Assembly (NCBI RefSeq): GCF_018350175.1
Contig: NC_058376.1
Location: forward strand, 992,001 to 1,056,000
Direction of reading: 5' to 3'
DNA length: 64,000 nucleotides
From: Felis catus
Lineage: Eukaryota
This document shows positions 11,480 to 24,653 of the stretch, one piece after another; within the stretch, counting starts at the first letter, position 1; each line of letters opens with the position of its first letter. The notes under the pieces were generated by a model, which was given only the letters and a program-made list of their open reading frames with translations, was not told where the DNA came from and did no database searches. Both the position numbers and the translations under genes were made by a program.

Positions 11480-12560
11480 GGCAGCACCCAAAGGCACACG
11501 GTCCCCTGAAGCCCGGTGTGCGCGGCTGGTGCTACGGGGCACGACGGCGAGGTGAATCCCAACACACTTATTCTCTCCTACGTCAGAAGAAACCAGACTT
11601 CAGTACATTCCACAATCAACACACGACCCGGGACGTGACTCGCGAGGAAGAACCTGAGCGCTGGCCGAAGCCGGCCACCTTCAGGGCCGCAGAACGTCAC
11701 TCAACCCTCTGTGCGCGGGAGAGCGCCGGTGCAGGAAAGGCCTGAGACTGTCATTCAGAACATGGAGAGGGTGCCGGTCCTTGACTTCCGTCCGGGCCGA
11801 AGACAGACAGACACAAGCTCTTCCGCGCTTCATTCAGACCGGAGGACAGATGCGGATGGGGACCCTCCAGCCGGCAAGCCTGTGCCAGGAGCCCCGCCCC
11901 GGTCACAGGACAGAAACTCTTTCAACACGAGCTCCCGGCAGGGGCTGCCCACCCTGAGCACCAAGGGGGGCGGGGCGGGGGGGGGTGACGTCTAGGGGTT
12001 CGCGCTCCCCGCAGACTCCACCCTGTCCGCCCCTGCCCTACTCCCCTACTCCTGCTGCGCCCCCCCCCCCCCACCCCGCACTCAGAACCGCCCTGCCATC
12101 TCCCGCGGCCCTGAGCCCGGCCGGGAGGCCGGCGCGTCCCCGCCGCCCAGGCTGTAGGCGACGAGATCTACCGAGCAGAGCCCGAAGGACCGCACCAAAC
12201 CACGCGGGATCCGAAGGCGGCGGGAGGGCACGGGCCGGCCGCTGCTCGGGGCGCCGCACACCGCGCGTCTCGCCCCAGCCCCGGTTGGGCTCCTCTGCGA
12301 GCCTCGGGGGCTCAGGGGAGCCCCTCGGAGAAACGGGACTGGCTTTCCTTCCGGCCCCGCTCAAGCGGCGCGCGGTGAGAGCCGAGCAAAGGCCGCGAGA
12401 CTCGAGGCCAACCCTGGGCGCGCCCGCTCTGCCCCCACGCGGGGCTCCGGGATCGCACACGGGCGAGGCAGGCCCCGGGCGCTGCGGTTTCAGAGAACTA
12501 AGCGGGCTCCGCTGCCGCCACCCCAGGAGGCCCGCGGCTGGCAATGTGGGGCCAGCGAGG
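11480..12560. promoter_or_regulatory. CpG-island-like region, possible promoter
   Basis: GC and CpG density are very high. GC boxes (ggggcgggg, about 11966-11985) and a CRE-like tgacgtc (about 11986) are present. Confidence 0.65.
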
Positions 12561-12604
12561 GACCCACCTCTGTGACGGGCCAGCCCCACTGTCAGGGGAC
12601 ACGT

Positions 12605-13000
12605 GACTGCCCCGGACCGAGCGGCACCCCACGGTCCCGATGTTGAAGCCCTAACCCCCAACGTGACGGCACTTGGAGACGGGGCCTCTAAGGGAGCGAT
12701 TAAGGTCAAACGGGGTCCCGCGGGTGGGGCCCCGATCCGATGGGGTTACTGTCCGGATAAGAGGGAAGACCAGAGAGCCCCCTGTGCCCCCACCAAGGCT
12801 CCTGCCCGTCTGTCCCCACAGGAACGCGGGGAGGGAAAGCCGTGGGAGGACACAGGGGGTCAGGAAGAGAGGTCTCACCAAACCCGACCGTGCTGACACC
12901 TTGGTCTTGGGCCCCCGCCTCCGGAGCTGTGAGAGCGAATGTTCGTGGTTTGAGCGCCCGGTGCGTGGTGCGTGGCTACGGCCGCCCGCGGACGAAGTCG
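12605..13000 (+). mobile_element. MaLR LTR (MLT1A/B-like), unusually CpG-rich
   Basis: Contains atgttgaagccctaaccccca…ttggagacggggcctctaag…attaaggtcaaa…gctgacaccttggtcttg…gctgtgaga. Confidence 0.8.
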
Positions 13001-13269
13001 GCGACGGAACCCAGGGTCTTCGCAACAGGACGTCAAAACGTTCGGAATAGGAGCCAGAATCACTCAGCGTACAAAGACACGGGAAAAAACCCAGAATTGA
13101 CATACTGATTCCAAAGTGGCCACTTGCTGGAATACCCAGACAGGATTTTGGAGAAACTGTCATAAGGAGGCTAAGGAGGGTGAAGAAAATACTCATGGAA
13201 GGAACGTAAATAGAGCGGAAGTCAAGAAAGACAGAAAAGAAAAAGAACCCCATGTGCATTCTACAGCTG

Positions 13270-13580
13270 CTGTAACGAACGGCCACCGGTGTCGCCAAGG
13301 ACAGGACTCGAGGCCACAGAAGCACGGCGTCCTCTCTCATGGCGCTGAGAGCCCGAAGCCCACAGTCAGGGCTTCCGGGCCCACAGCTCAGCCGCGGCAG
13401 GGCCACACGCTCTCCGGAGGGCGCGAGGGAGCATCTGTCCCCGCTGAGCTGGCAGCCACATGACCTTCTTCTCATCTCTCTCCGCCCCATCTTCACATGG
13501 CCTTCCCCGGAGTCTGTGAGCAAATCTCCCTCCTCCTCTCTTACAAGGATGCTGGTGACTGCGTGTGGGGCTTCCGGGGA
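13270..13580 (-). mobile_element. MaLR LTR (MLT1 family)
   Basis: Contains tgtaacgaacggccacc…gcagggccacacgctctccggagg…cttcacatggccttc…tcttacaagga. Confidence 0.62.
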
Positions 13581-13929
13581 GCAGAACTCCCACCCTCACG
13601 CGGGGTGATGAAGCACATCAAGGCAGGGACAGGCAACAGAGGTGCCCGCCCTTCCCTGCTGCCAGCGGAGCAGAGTGGAAACCTGATCACCCCCGACCCA
13701 GCAGCAACAAGGCAGGCGTCTGGGGTGCAGCAGGGAACCAAACAGGAGTGGTGAGCCGGGCGAGGAGGGACAGAAGTGGAGGCCGGAGGGGGGGGGGCAG
13801 TGCTGTCCTCCTGTGGGACCCAGGCCAGAGGAGCTCGATGTGGAGCTGAATAGCAGCCCCACCTGGACCATCGGGCCAGGGTCTCAGGACATGATACCCA
13901 ATGTGCAGGGGACAAGCAGCCCAAAACTC

Positions 13930-15496
13930 GTCCCACCCAAGCCAGGGAAATCTCGACTTGAATAAGAAAAGAGAATGAGCAGAAGCTAGCCCTGAAATGA
14001 CACAGATGTTGGAATGATCTGATGGGATTTTAAAGCAGCCGTAATAAAAATGCTTCAATGAGCAATATCCACATGCTTAAAACAAATGGGAATAAGAAAG
14101 AGCTCAGCAACTAAATAGAAGGGCCAAAAGAAGAACCAGATGGGAAACGTAGAACCGACAAATATAAAACCTAAAATAAAAACTCAGCAGACAGGCACAA
14201 TAGCAGAGGGAGATGACAGAGCTAAGAATCAGTGAACCTGGGAGACGAAACAATAGAAATCACCAAACTGAACAACAGAGAAAAGAAAATGAAAAAAGAC
14301 ATGATTGGATGATTTAATATTTGTGACATCGAAGTCCCAGAAGAGGAAGAGAAAGAAGATACAACTGAAAAGCAGTTGAGGAAATGAATGGCTGAAAATT
14401 TTCCGAATTTGATGAAAGACAAAAACCTACAGATTTAGGAAGGTCTGCAAATCCCAAAGAGGATAAACCTGAAGAAATCTGCACCAAGACCTTGAGAATA
14501 CTGAAGAGAGAAAATTCTAGAGAGCAACCAGGGAGAAATGCTCACACTACCTACAGAGGGGCAGTGACCCTGATGACAATGGGTCTCTCATCAGCAAGCA
14601 CAGAGGCCAGAAAGAAAGTGCCGGACAATCTTCTTCAGGTGTGTAAAGCAAGAACGGTCATCCGGAGTCTTTTGGCCAGTGAAACCGTCCCTCAGGAATG
14701 AGGTGCACGTTCTCCAGTTTAAAAAGAAAGAACCAAGGATTTGTCTTCAGCAGATCTCTCCTAAAACACTGATAAAGGAACTTTTCAAGCACAAAGGGAA
14801 CATGACAGGACGTGGAAGCCCGGGAATGGAGAAAGAACAACACAAAAAGCAGAAGTGTGTGTAAATGTGGTAGGTTGTCTTTCTCCTTGTGAGTGATCTA
14901 AATTGTGTTAGGCAGCTGGAGGAGAAACTCAAAACGTTGAATGTGGATGTCAATTTATGGAGCAGAAATAGCCATGACAAGGATTCTATAAAGGAGAAGG
15001 GTTAAGTGATCTAAGTGGAAGTTTTCTACCATTTGCTCAAACTAGTAAATACTGACACCACATGTGATAAGTATACCACGTTAATACGTATGGCATAATA
15101 CTTAAGGGAACCATTTAAAGATCGGTGTACAGACAGTGTATATACAAAGACATACACTGAAAAATGTTATAGATAAATGAAATGGAATTCCAAAAAAAAA
15201 TGGTCGAGTAACCCAAAGGGAGGCAAGGGGAGTAAACAGAAAACAAAACCAGAGTGGACAAACACAAAACAAAGGACAGCCTTAAGTCCTAACATAGCTA
15301 TAATTACTACGTTAGGATATAAATGGCTTAAATACACCAATTAAAAGAGAGATTGGCAGAATGGATTAAAGAAAAAATATGTCCCAACTATATGCTAAGT
15401 AAACATTAATTTTAAAAAATCAGGAAAGGCTACATCAATACCTGATACAGCAGACTTCTGAGCAAAAACAATGATAAGCAAAGACAAAGAAGGTCA
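13930..15496 (+). mobile_element. Ancient L1M fragment: ORF1 to ORF2 start
   Basis: Degenerate ORF1 motifs (ISELGD, ENFPNLMKD) and ORF2 endonuclease start (GLNTPIKR…LAEWIK) are recognisable. Confidence 0.8.
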
Positions 15497-16157
15497 TGAT
15501 GAGGGAGCAGAAGGCAGGCTGAGGACAAAGCACAAAATAACACCCCCCACACATACTCATGGGGTACTTGTGACATTCCTCAGGCTCTCCAGGCTGCCCA
15601 AGGACAAAGGAAAGGGGAAAACCAATGGTTAGCTAATAGAGATCACAGTCATGCAGGAGGGGGGTCTCAAACAGTTTACCAATGTCTTAGCAAATTATAA
15701 GAAAAAGGCAATCTTAACAGCCCAATCTCCAGAAACCTGTAGACTCAGTTTCCTGGAGCCCCAACATCACCTTTCCCTCCACAGTGATGTGGGGAATAAG
15801 GCAAGAAAGAAATGGTAAATAAAATTAAATTTCTTTGAACTCTCTACTGTCTTATAGTTAATGCTTTGCTAGAGGGAAGAACAACCTCAGCTTGACAATA
15901 GCTAGGCCTCCAGGATCTTAAGAGTTTTCTTTATCATATGAAACTCCTTCTAGAAACCTTCCTTTTGCCCTTCCCTCGCCCAATTCCATAGTATATAACC
16001 AGTCACCTTTACAACCCCAGTGCAGCTCTTTCTGCCTTTGGATCCTGTACCCGGCTTTAATAAAATCACCTTTTTTTGCACCAAAGACTTCTCAAGAATT
16101 CTTTCTTGGCCATGAGGTCCAAACCCCACCCCCCACCATCACTCCAAAACCGTAACA
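15497..16157 (+). mobile_element. ERV-type solo LTR inserted in the old L1 ORF2
   Basis: Has TG…CA termini, TATA-like tatataa (15992-15998) and AATAAA (16059-16064). The L1 reading gaaggtca|tttacataat resumes on both sides. No clean TSD was found. Confidence 0.75.
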
Positions 16158-17292
16158 TTTACATAATAATTTTTAAAAAGTCTCTCCATCAAGACATGAC
16201 ACTCTATATGGAAAACCCTAAAGAGTCCACCAAAAAACTTCTAGAACTGATTCATGAATTCAGCAAAGTTGCAGGATATAAAATCAACGCACAGAAATCG
16301 GTTGCATTCGTATACACCAACAATTAGGCGACAGAAAGAGAAATCAAGGAATCAATCCCATTTACAGTTGCACCAAAAACCATAAAATACCTAGGAATAA
16401 ATCTAACCAAAGAGGTGAAAAATCTATACACTTAAAACTATAGAAAGCTTACGAAAGAAATTGAAGAAAACACACAAAAAAAAAAAAAAAATGGAAAAAG
16501 ATTCCATGCTCCTGGATAGGAAGAACAAATATTGCTAAAATGTTGATACTACCCAAAGCAATCTACATATTCAATACAATCTCTATCAAAATAACACCAG
16601 CATTCTTCACAGAGCTAAAACAAATAATCCTAAAATTTGTATGGAACCAGAAAAGGCCCCAAATAGCCAAAGCAATCCTGATAAAGAAAACCAGAGCAGG
16701 AGGCATCACAATCCCAGACTTCAAGCTGTATTACAAAGCTGTAATCATCAAGACAGTATGGTACCGGCACAAGAACAGACACTCAGATCAATGGAACAGA
16801 ATAGAGAAGCCAGAGATGGACCCACAAACGTATGGCCAACTAATCTTTGACAAAGCAGGAAAGAATATCCAATGGAATAAAGACAGTCTCTTCAGCAAGT
16901 GGTGCTGAAAAAACTGGGCAGCGACATGCAGAAGAATGAACCTGGACACTTTCTTACACCAGACACAAAAATAAACTCAAAATGGATGAAAGACCTCAAT
17001 GTAAGACAGGAAGCCATCACAATCCTCGAGGAGAAAGCAGGCAAGAGCCTCTTTGATCTTGGCCACAGCAACTTCTTACTCAACACGTCTCCGGAGGCAA
17101 GGGAAACAAAAGCAAAAATGAACTACTGGGACTTCATCAAAATAAAAAGCTTCTGCACAGTGAAGGAAACAATCAGAAAAACTAAAAGGCAACCGACAGA
17201 ATGGGAGAAGATACTTGCAAATGACATATCAGATAGAGGATTAGTATCCAAAATCTATAAAGAGCTTATCAAACTCAACACCCAAAAAACAA

Positions 17293-17449
17293 NNNNNNNN
17301 NNNNNNNNNNNNNNNNNNNNNNNNNNNNNNNNNNNNNNNNNNNNNNNNNNNNNNNNNNNNNNNNNNNNNNNNNNNNNNNNNNNNNNNNNNNNNNNNNNNN
17401 NNNNNNNNNNNNNNNNNNNNNNNNNNNNNNNNNNNNNNNNNNNNNNNNN
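17293..17449. other. Assembly gap (157 N)
   Basis: Run of N. Confidence 1.
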
Positions 17450-17713
17450 AATGGCTAACATTAACAATTCAGACAACAGCAGATGATGGCGAGGATGTGG
17501 AGACAGGATCTCTTTTGCACTGCCGGTGGGAATGCAAACTGTGCAGCTACTCTGGAAAACAGTATGAAGGTTCCTCAAAAAAAATTAAAAATAGAACTAC
17601 CTGATGACCCAGCAATTACACTACTAGATATTTATCCATGGGATACAGGTGTGCTGTTTCAAAGGGACACATGCACCCCAATGTTTATAGCAGCACTATC
17701 ATCAATAGCCAAA

Positions 17714-17843
17714 NNNNNNNNNNNNNNNNNNNNNNNNNNNNNNNNNNNNNNNNNNNNNNNNNNNNNNNNNNNNNNNNNNNNNNNNNNNNNNNNNNNNNNN
17801 NNNNNNNNNNNNNNNNNNNNNNNNNNNNNNNNNNNNNNNNNNN
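17714..17843. other. Assembly gap (130 N)
   Basis: Run of N. Confidence 1.
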
Positions 17844-19801
17844 ACTAGAGAGTACTATGCTAAGTGAAATTAGTCAGAGAAAGACAAATATCATATGACT
17901 TCACTCATATGAGGCCTTTAAGAGACAAAACAGGGGGAGGAGCCAAGATGGCAGAACAGCATGAAGTTTTTTGTGTGTCTCACGTCCATGAAATACAGCC
18001 AGGCCAACACTAAACCATCCTACACACCTAGAAAACTGATCGGAGGATTAACACAACAATCTGCACAACCTGAACCACAAAATTCAGTAGGTATGTGGTG
18101 CAGAGACGTGACCTTGGGGAGTGAGAAGGTGCAGGAAGGGAGGTGCTTTTGTGAGCAGAGAGAGGACGGAGACTGGGGAGGGGGGAGAATACAGGAAAAG
18201 CACTCCTCCCCAAAAGCAGCTGGAGAGAAGCTGGAAAATTGGAAACAGCTGCAAGGACTAAACTAAAAAGGGAGAAAGGAGAAAGGAGAGGGTTTAAATT
18301 CCATTGAGACTGTAAACAAGGGGAGCGCAAAGGCTGCGACTCCGCAGCTCCCTACCTGGCGGTGCTCTGGTGGGAAGGGCGAATCCCCAGGAGCAGAGTG
18401 GGGTCCGGGAGGTTCTCAGGCCACACGGAGAAAAGCGGTTCCATTGCTAGAAGGACATTTGGTAGAGACTGTTGAAGCCACCTGGTCCCAGCAGACCCCA
18501 GAAAACAGCCACATTCACTGGTGCTGGAACAAGGTCGTTAAGGGTGAAGCCTGGTGCCAGATGTGTGTTGTGATTTTCCATAATCCCTGAAACACTGCTG
18601 CTACACTATCTCACAGACTTTTTCTGGAGTGGACTGGCACCTAGCCAGAGCACCAGCAACAGCAGGGTCCAGCGGGCATTCCTGGGTGCAGCTGATATTC
18701 GGCCATTGCTCAGTGAGACCCTCCCACAGAGGGGTGGAACAGGTCAAAGCTGCAGTCCTTCGGAAGTAAGGGGCCGGGGAAAACAGCCGCATCTGAGACA
18801 AAACTCGGGAGAGAGGTACTGCCTGGGACCTGGTCACGGAGAGTGAAAAAGCGGGGAGTGGACAAGAGCTGAAGACAGAGGACCGGCGTGCAATTGCTGA
18901 TCCTGGAGAACAGACTAGGTAGCTGGGTAGCGCCATTTTCATTGCTCCCGCGCAGGCGCACACACAAGGATCCAGCCCAGTGAGCTGAGCAGCGCCATCT
19001 AGTGAAGAGCAGAGTCATCACACTGAACCCCGCCCAACTGGGCCAACTTTGTTCTTCAAGAACACAAGTCTCCCCGCCAGCTTAGTTTATGGACTATAAA
19101 GCACTACATAGACTGACCTCTAGGGGAAAATGAAGTAATTTCAGTCCACCTTCAATCTGTTAGCAGGTTCATCTATCCAATTTTCTTTCTTTTTTTTTTC
19201 CTCTTTTACATTTCTTTTCTTTTTCTTGAATACAGAATGAGAAAAAATCCATTTTTATTTTCAATTTTTATTAATATTTTTCTTTAATTTTAATTACTAT
19301 ATTTTTTACTTTTGTGTAAATTTTTTCAAATTCTATTTTACTTCCATTTTATTTTAGTTTACTTCAGTGTATTCACCTTTTCAAATTTTCAAACGATTTC
19401 CTTTTTTCTTTTTCTTTTTTCTTTTTGTTTCTTTTCTTTCTCTTGAATGCAGAAGGAGAAAAACTTCATTTTTACTTTCAATCTATTAAAAATATTTTTA
19501 ATTTTTAAATACATTTTTTTGCTTTTATGTAAATTTTTTCTAATTCTATTTTACTCCCACCATCTCATGTTAGTGTACTTCAGTGTATTCATTTATTCAA
19601 ATTCTCCAATTATTTCTTTCTTTTCTCCCCCTTTTTCTTCTCTAATCTGTCAAACCACTTTCAACACCCAGACCAAAACACACATAGGACCTAGCATCAT
19701 TTATCCGATTTGTGTGTGTGTTTAATTTTTTAATTTTAATACTTTTAATTATTTTTTAATTTTAATTTTTCTACCTTATTCATTCCTTTTCTCCCTTCAA
19801 A

Positions 19802-20681
19802 ATTACAAAACGAAGGAATGTACCCTGAAAGAAAGACCACAAAGAAACAACAGCCAGGGATTCAACCAACAGATACAAGCAAGATGTCTGAACCAGAATT
19901 TAGAATCACGATAATAAGAATACTAGCTGGAGTCAAAAATAGATTAGAATCCCTTTCTGCAGAGATAAAAGAAGTAAAAAATAGCCAGAATGAAATTAAA
20001 AACGCTATAACTGAGCTGCAATCATGGATGGATGCAGTGGTGGCAAGGATGGATGAGACAGAACACAGAATCAGCGATATAGAGGACAAACTTATAGAGA
20101 ATAATGAAGCAGAAAAAAAGAGGGAGATTAAGGCAAAAGAGCACCATTTAAGAATTAGAGAAATCAGTGACTCATTAAAAAGGAACAACATCAGAATCAT
20201 AGGGGTCCCATAAGAGGAAGAGAGAGAAATAGGGGTAGAAGGGTTATGTGAGCAAATCATAGCAGAAAACTTTTCTAACCTGGGGAAAGACACAGACATC
20301 AAAATCCAGGAAGCACAGAGGACCCCCACTAGATTCAACAAACACCGACAATCAACAAGGCATATCATAGTCAAATTCACAAAATACTCATGCAAGGAGA
20401 GAATCATGAAAGCAGCAAGGGAAAAAAAGTCCCTAACCTACAAGGGAAGACAGATCAGGTTTGCAGCAGACCTATCCACAGAAACTTGGCAGGCCAGAGG
20501 GGAGTGGCAGGATAAATTCAACGTGTTGAATCAGAAAAATATGCAGCCAAGAATTCTTTATCCAGCAAGGCTGTCATTCAAAATAGAAGGAGAGATAAAA
20601 AGTTTCCCAGACAAACACAAACTAAAGGAGTTTGTGGCCACTAAACCAGCCCTGCAAGAAATTTTAAGGAGGACTCTCTGA
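19802..20681 (+). pseudogene. L1 ORF1p, disrupted
   Basis: The expected ATG reads ATT. Peptides SEPEFRITIIRILAG…RNNIRIIGVP and QIRFAADLSTET…KPALQEIL are recognisable. A premature stop lies at 20211-20213. Confidence 0.9.
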
Positions 20682-20706
20682 GAGGAGAAAAGATGAAAAA
20701 ACAAAA

Positions 20707-20710
<4 letters not shown>

Positions 20711-20754
<44 letters not shown>
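20711..20754. repeat. (AT)22 microsatellite in the L1 inter-ORF spacer
   Basis: Direct reading of the sequence. Confidence 0.98.
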
Positions 20755-20756
<2 letters not shown>

Positions 20757-20830
20757 CAAAAGCAACAAAGATCAAAGATTAGAAAGGACCAGAGAACACC
20801 ACTAGAAACTCCAACTCTACAAGCATCATA

Positions 20831-23800
20831 ATGGCAATAAATTCATATCTTCCAGTACTCACTCTAAATGTCAGTGGGCTCAATGCTCCAATCAAAAGAC
20901 ACAGGGTAACAGAATGGATAAGAAAGCAAGATCCATCTATATGCTGTTTACAAGAGACCCATTTGAGACCTAAAGACACCTTCGGATTGAAAGTAAGCGG
21001 ATGGAGAACCATCTATCATACTAATGGTCAACAAAAGAAAGCCAGAGTAGCCATACGTATATCAGATGATCTAGACTTTAAAATAAAGACTCTATCAAGA
21101 GATGCAGAAGGGCATTATATCATAATCAAGGGGTCTATAGACCAAGAAGACCTAACAATTGTAAACATTTATGCACCAAATGTGAGAGCACCCAAATATA
21201 TAAATCAATTAATCACAAACATAAAGAAACTCATCAATGGTAATACCATAATAGTAGGAGACTTTAACACCCCACTCACAGCAAAGGACAGATCATCTAA
21301 TCAAAAAATGAACAAGGAAACAATAGCTTTGAATGACACACTGGACCAGATGGACTTAACAGATATATTCAGAACATTTCATCCTAAAGCAGCAGAATAT
21401 ACATTCTTCCCCAGTGCACATGGAACGTTCTCCAGAATAGACCATATACTGGGACACAAATCAGCCTAAGTAAGTACAAAAAGATCGAGATCATACTGTG
21501 CATATTTTCAGACCACAACGCTATGAAACTCGAAATCAGCCACAAGAAAAAAATTGGAAAGGTAACAAATACTTGGAGACTGAAGAACATCCTACTAAAG
21601 AATGAATGGGCTAACCAAGCAGTTAAAGAGGAAATTAAAAAGTATATGGAAGTCAATGAAAATGATAACACCACCACCTAAAACGTCTGGGACGGAGCAA
21701 AGGTGGTCATAAGAGCAAAGTATATAGCAATCCAGGCCTTTCTAAAGAAGGAAGAAAGATTTCAGATACACAACCTAACCTTACGCCTTAAGGAGCTGGA
21801 AAAAGAACAACAAATAAAACCCCAAACCAGCAGAAGACAGGAAATAATACAGGTCAGAGCAGAAATTAATGCTGTTGAAACCAAAAGAAACCAGAACAGA
21901 TCAATGAAACCAGAAGCTGGTTCTTTGAAAGAATTAACAAAATTGATAAACCACTAGCCAGTTTGATCAAAAAGAAAAAGGAAAGGACCCAAATAAATAA
22001 AATCAAGAATGAAAGAGGAGAGATCACAACCAATACAGCAGAAATAAAAACAATAATAAGAGAATATTATGAGCAATTATATGCCAATAAAAGGGCAATC
22101 TGGAAGAAATGGACAAATTCCTAGAAACATATATACTACCAAAACTGAAACAGGAAGAAATAGAAAATTTTGAACAGACTCATAACCAGTAAGGATATCA
22201 AATTAGTAATCAAAAATCTGCCAAAAAACAAGAGTCCAGGGCCAGATGGCTTTCCAGGGGAATTCTACCAAACATTTAAGGAAGAGTTAACACCTATTCT
22301 CTTGAAGCTGTTCCAAAAAAATAGAAATGGAAGGAAAACTTCCAAACTCATTCTATGAAGCCAGCATTACCTTGATTTCAAAACCAGAGACCGCACTAAA
22401 AAGGAGAACTATAGACCAATTTCCCTGATGGACATGGATGTAAAAATACTCAACAAGATATTAGCCAGCCGGCTCCAACAATACATTAAAAAAATGATTC
22501 ACCACGACCAAGTGGGATTTATACCTGGGATAAAGAGCTGGTTCAATATCTGCAAAATAATTATCGTGTTTCATCACATCAATAAAATAAAGGACAAGAA
22601 CCATATGATCCTCTCAACAGATGCAGAGAAAGCATTTGACAAAATACAGCATCCTTTCTTGATAAAAACCCTCAAGAAAGTAGGGATAGAAGGGGCATAC
22701 CTCAAGATCATAAAACCCATATATGACCAACCCAATGCTAATATCATCCTCAATGGGGAAAAACTGACAGCTTTCCCCCTAAGGTCGGGAACAAGACAGG
22801 GATGTCCACTCTCACCACTGTTATTCAACATAGTGTTAGAAGTCTTAGCCTCTGCCATCAGGCAACACAAAGCAATAAAAAGCATCCAAATCGGACAAGA
22901 GGAGGTCAAACTTTCACTCTTCGCAGATGACATGATACTCTATATGGAAAACCCAAAAGATTCCACCAAAAAACTGCTAGAATTGATTCATGAATTCAGC
23001 AAAGTTGCAGGATATAAAATCAACGCACAGAAATCGGTTGCATTCGTATACACCAACAATTAGGCGACAGAAAGAGAAATCAAGGAATCGATCCCATTTA
23101 CAGTTGCACCAAAAACCATAAAATACCTAGGAATAAATCTAACCAAAGAGGTGAAAAATTTATACACTTAAAACTATAGAAAGCTTATGAAAGAAATTGA
23201 AGAAGACACAAAAAAATGGAAAAAGATTCCATGCTCCTGGATAGGAAGAACAAATATTGCTAAAATGTTGATACTACCCAAAGCAATCTACATATTCAAT
23301 GCAATCTCTACCAAAATAACACCAGCATTCTTCACAGAGCTAAAACAAATAATCCTAAAATTTGTATGGAACCAGAAAAGACCCCAAATAGCCAAAGCAA
23401 TCCTGAAAAAGAAAACCAGGGCAGGAGGCATCACAATCCCAGACTTCAAGCTGTATTACAAAGCTATAATCATCAAGACAGTACGGTACCAGCACAAGAA
23501 CAGACACTCAGATCAATGGAACAGAATAGAGAAGCCAGAGATGGACCCACAAACGTATGGCCAACTAATCTTTGACAAAGCAGGAAAGAATATTCAATGG
23601 AATAAAGACAGTCTCTTCAGCAAGTGGTGCTGAAAAAACTGGACAGCGACATGTAGAAGAATGAACCTGCACACTTCCTTACACCAGACACAAAAATAAA
23701 CTCAAAATGGATGAAAGACCTCAATGTAAGACAGGAGGCCATCACAATCCTCGAGGAGAAAGCAGGCAAAAACCTCTTTGATCTTGGCCACAGCAACTTC

Positions 23801-24653
23801 TTACTCAACACATCTCCAGAGGCAAGGGAAACAAAAGCAAAAATGAACTATTGGCACCTCATCAAAATAAAAAGCTTCTGCACAGTGAAGGAAACAATCA
23901 GAAAAACTAAAAGGCAACCGACAGAATGGGAGAAGATACTTGCAAATGACATATCAGAGGATTAGTATCCAAAATCTATAAAGAACTTATCAAACTCAAC
24001 ACCCAAAAAACAAATAATCCAGTGAAGAAATGGGCAAAAGACATGAATAGACACTTCTCCAAAGAAGACATCTAGATGGCCAACTGACCCATGAAAAAAT
24101 GCTCCACATCACTCATCATAGCAGGAAATATAAATTAAAACCATGATGTGATACCACCTCCCACCTATCAGAATGGCCAACATTAAAAATTCAGGGAACA
24201 GCAGATGATGGCGAGGATGCAGAGACAGAGGATCACTTTTGCATTGCTGGTTGGAATGTAAGTTGGTGCAGCCACTCTGGAAAACAGTATGGAGGTTCCT
24301 CAAACTAAACATAACATAGAACTACCCTACAACCCAGCAATCACACTACTAGGTACTTATCCAAGGGATACAAGTGTGCTGTTTTGAAGGGACACATGCA
24401 CCTCAATGTTTGTAACAGCACTACCAGAATAGCCAGAGTATGGAAAGAGCCCAAATGTCCATCAATGGATGAATGGATAAAGAAGATGTGGTATATACAT
24501 GTGTATCACATATATATAAACACACAATGGAGTATCACTCGGCAATCAAAAAGAATGAAATCTTGCCATTTGCAACTACGTGGATGGAACTAGAGGGCAT
24601 TATGCTAAGCGGAATTAGAGAAAGACAAATATCATATGACTACACTCATATGA
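20831..24653 (+). pseudogene. L1 ORF2p (endonuclease and reverse transcriptase), disrupted
   Basis: Contains the EN motifs (LTLNVSGLNAPIKR, IVGDFNTPL, FSRIDHILG) and RT motifs ([21 protein letters not shown]). Multiple stops and frameshifts are present. Confidence 0.95.

Larger units (their letters stand above)
16193..17932 (+). mobile_element. 5'-truncated carnivore L1 (copy A): ORF2 3' part and start of the 3'UTR
   Basis: Translates to RT/C-terminal L1 ORF2 peptides. The segment 16193-17292 is about 97% identical to 22921-24013. Confidence 0.95.

Noticed and set aside
12651-13523. 290-aa minus-strand ORF
   Set aside because: It runs across MLT1 and L1 remnants and is a by-product of GC-rich repeats.
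19802-24653. Active, retrotransposition-competent L1
   Set aside because: The ORF1 start codon is lost and both ORFs carry multiple stops and frameshifts.
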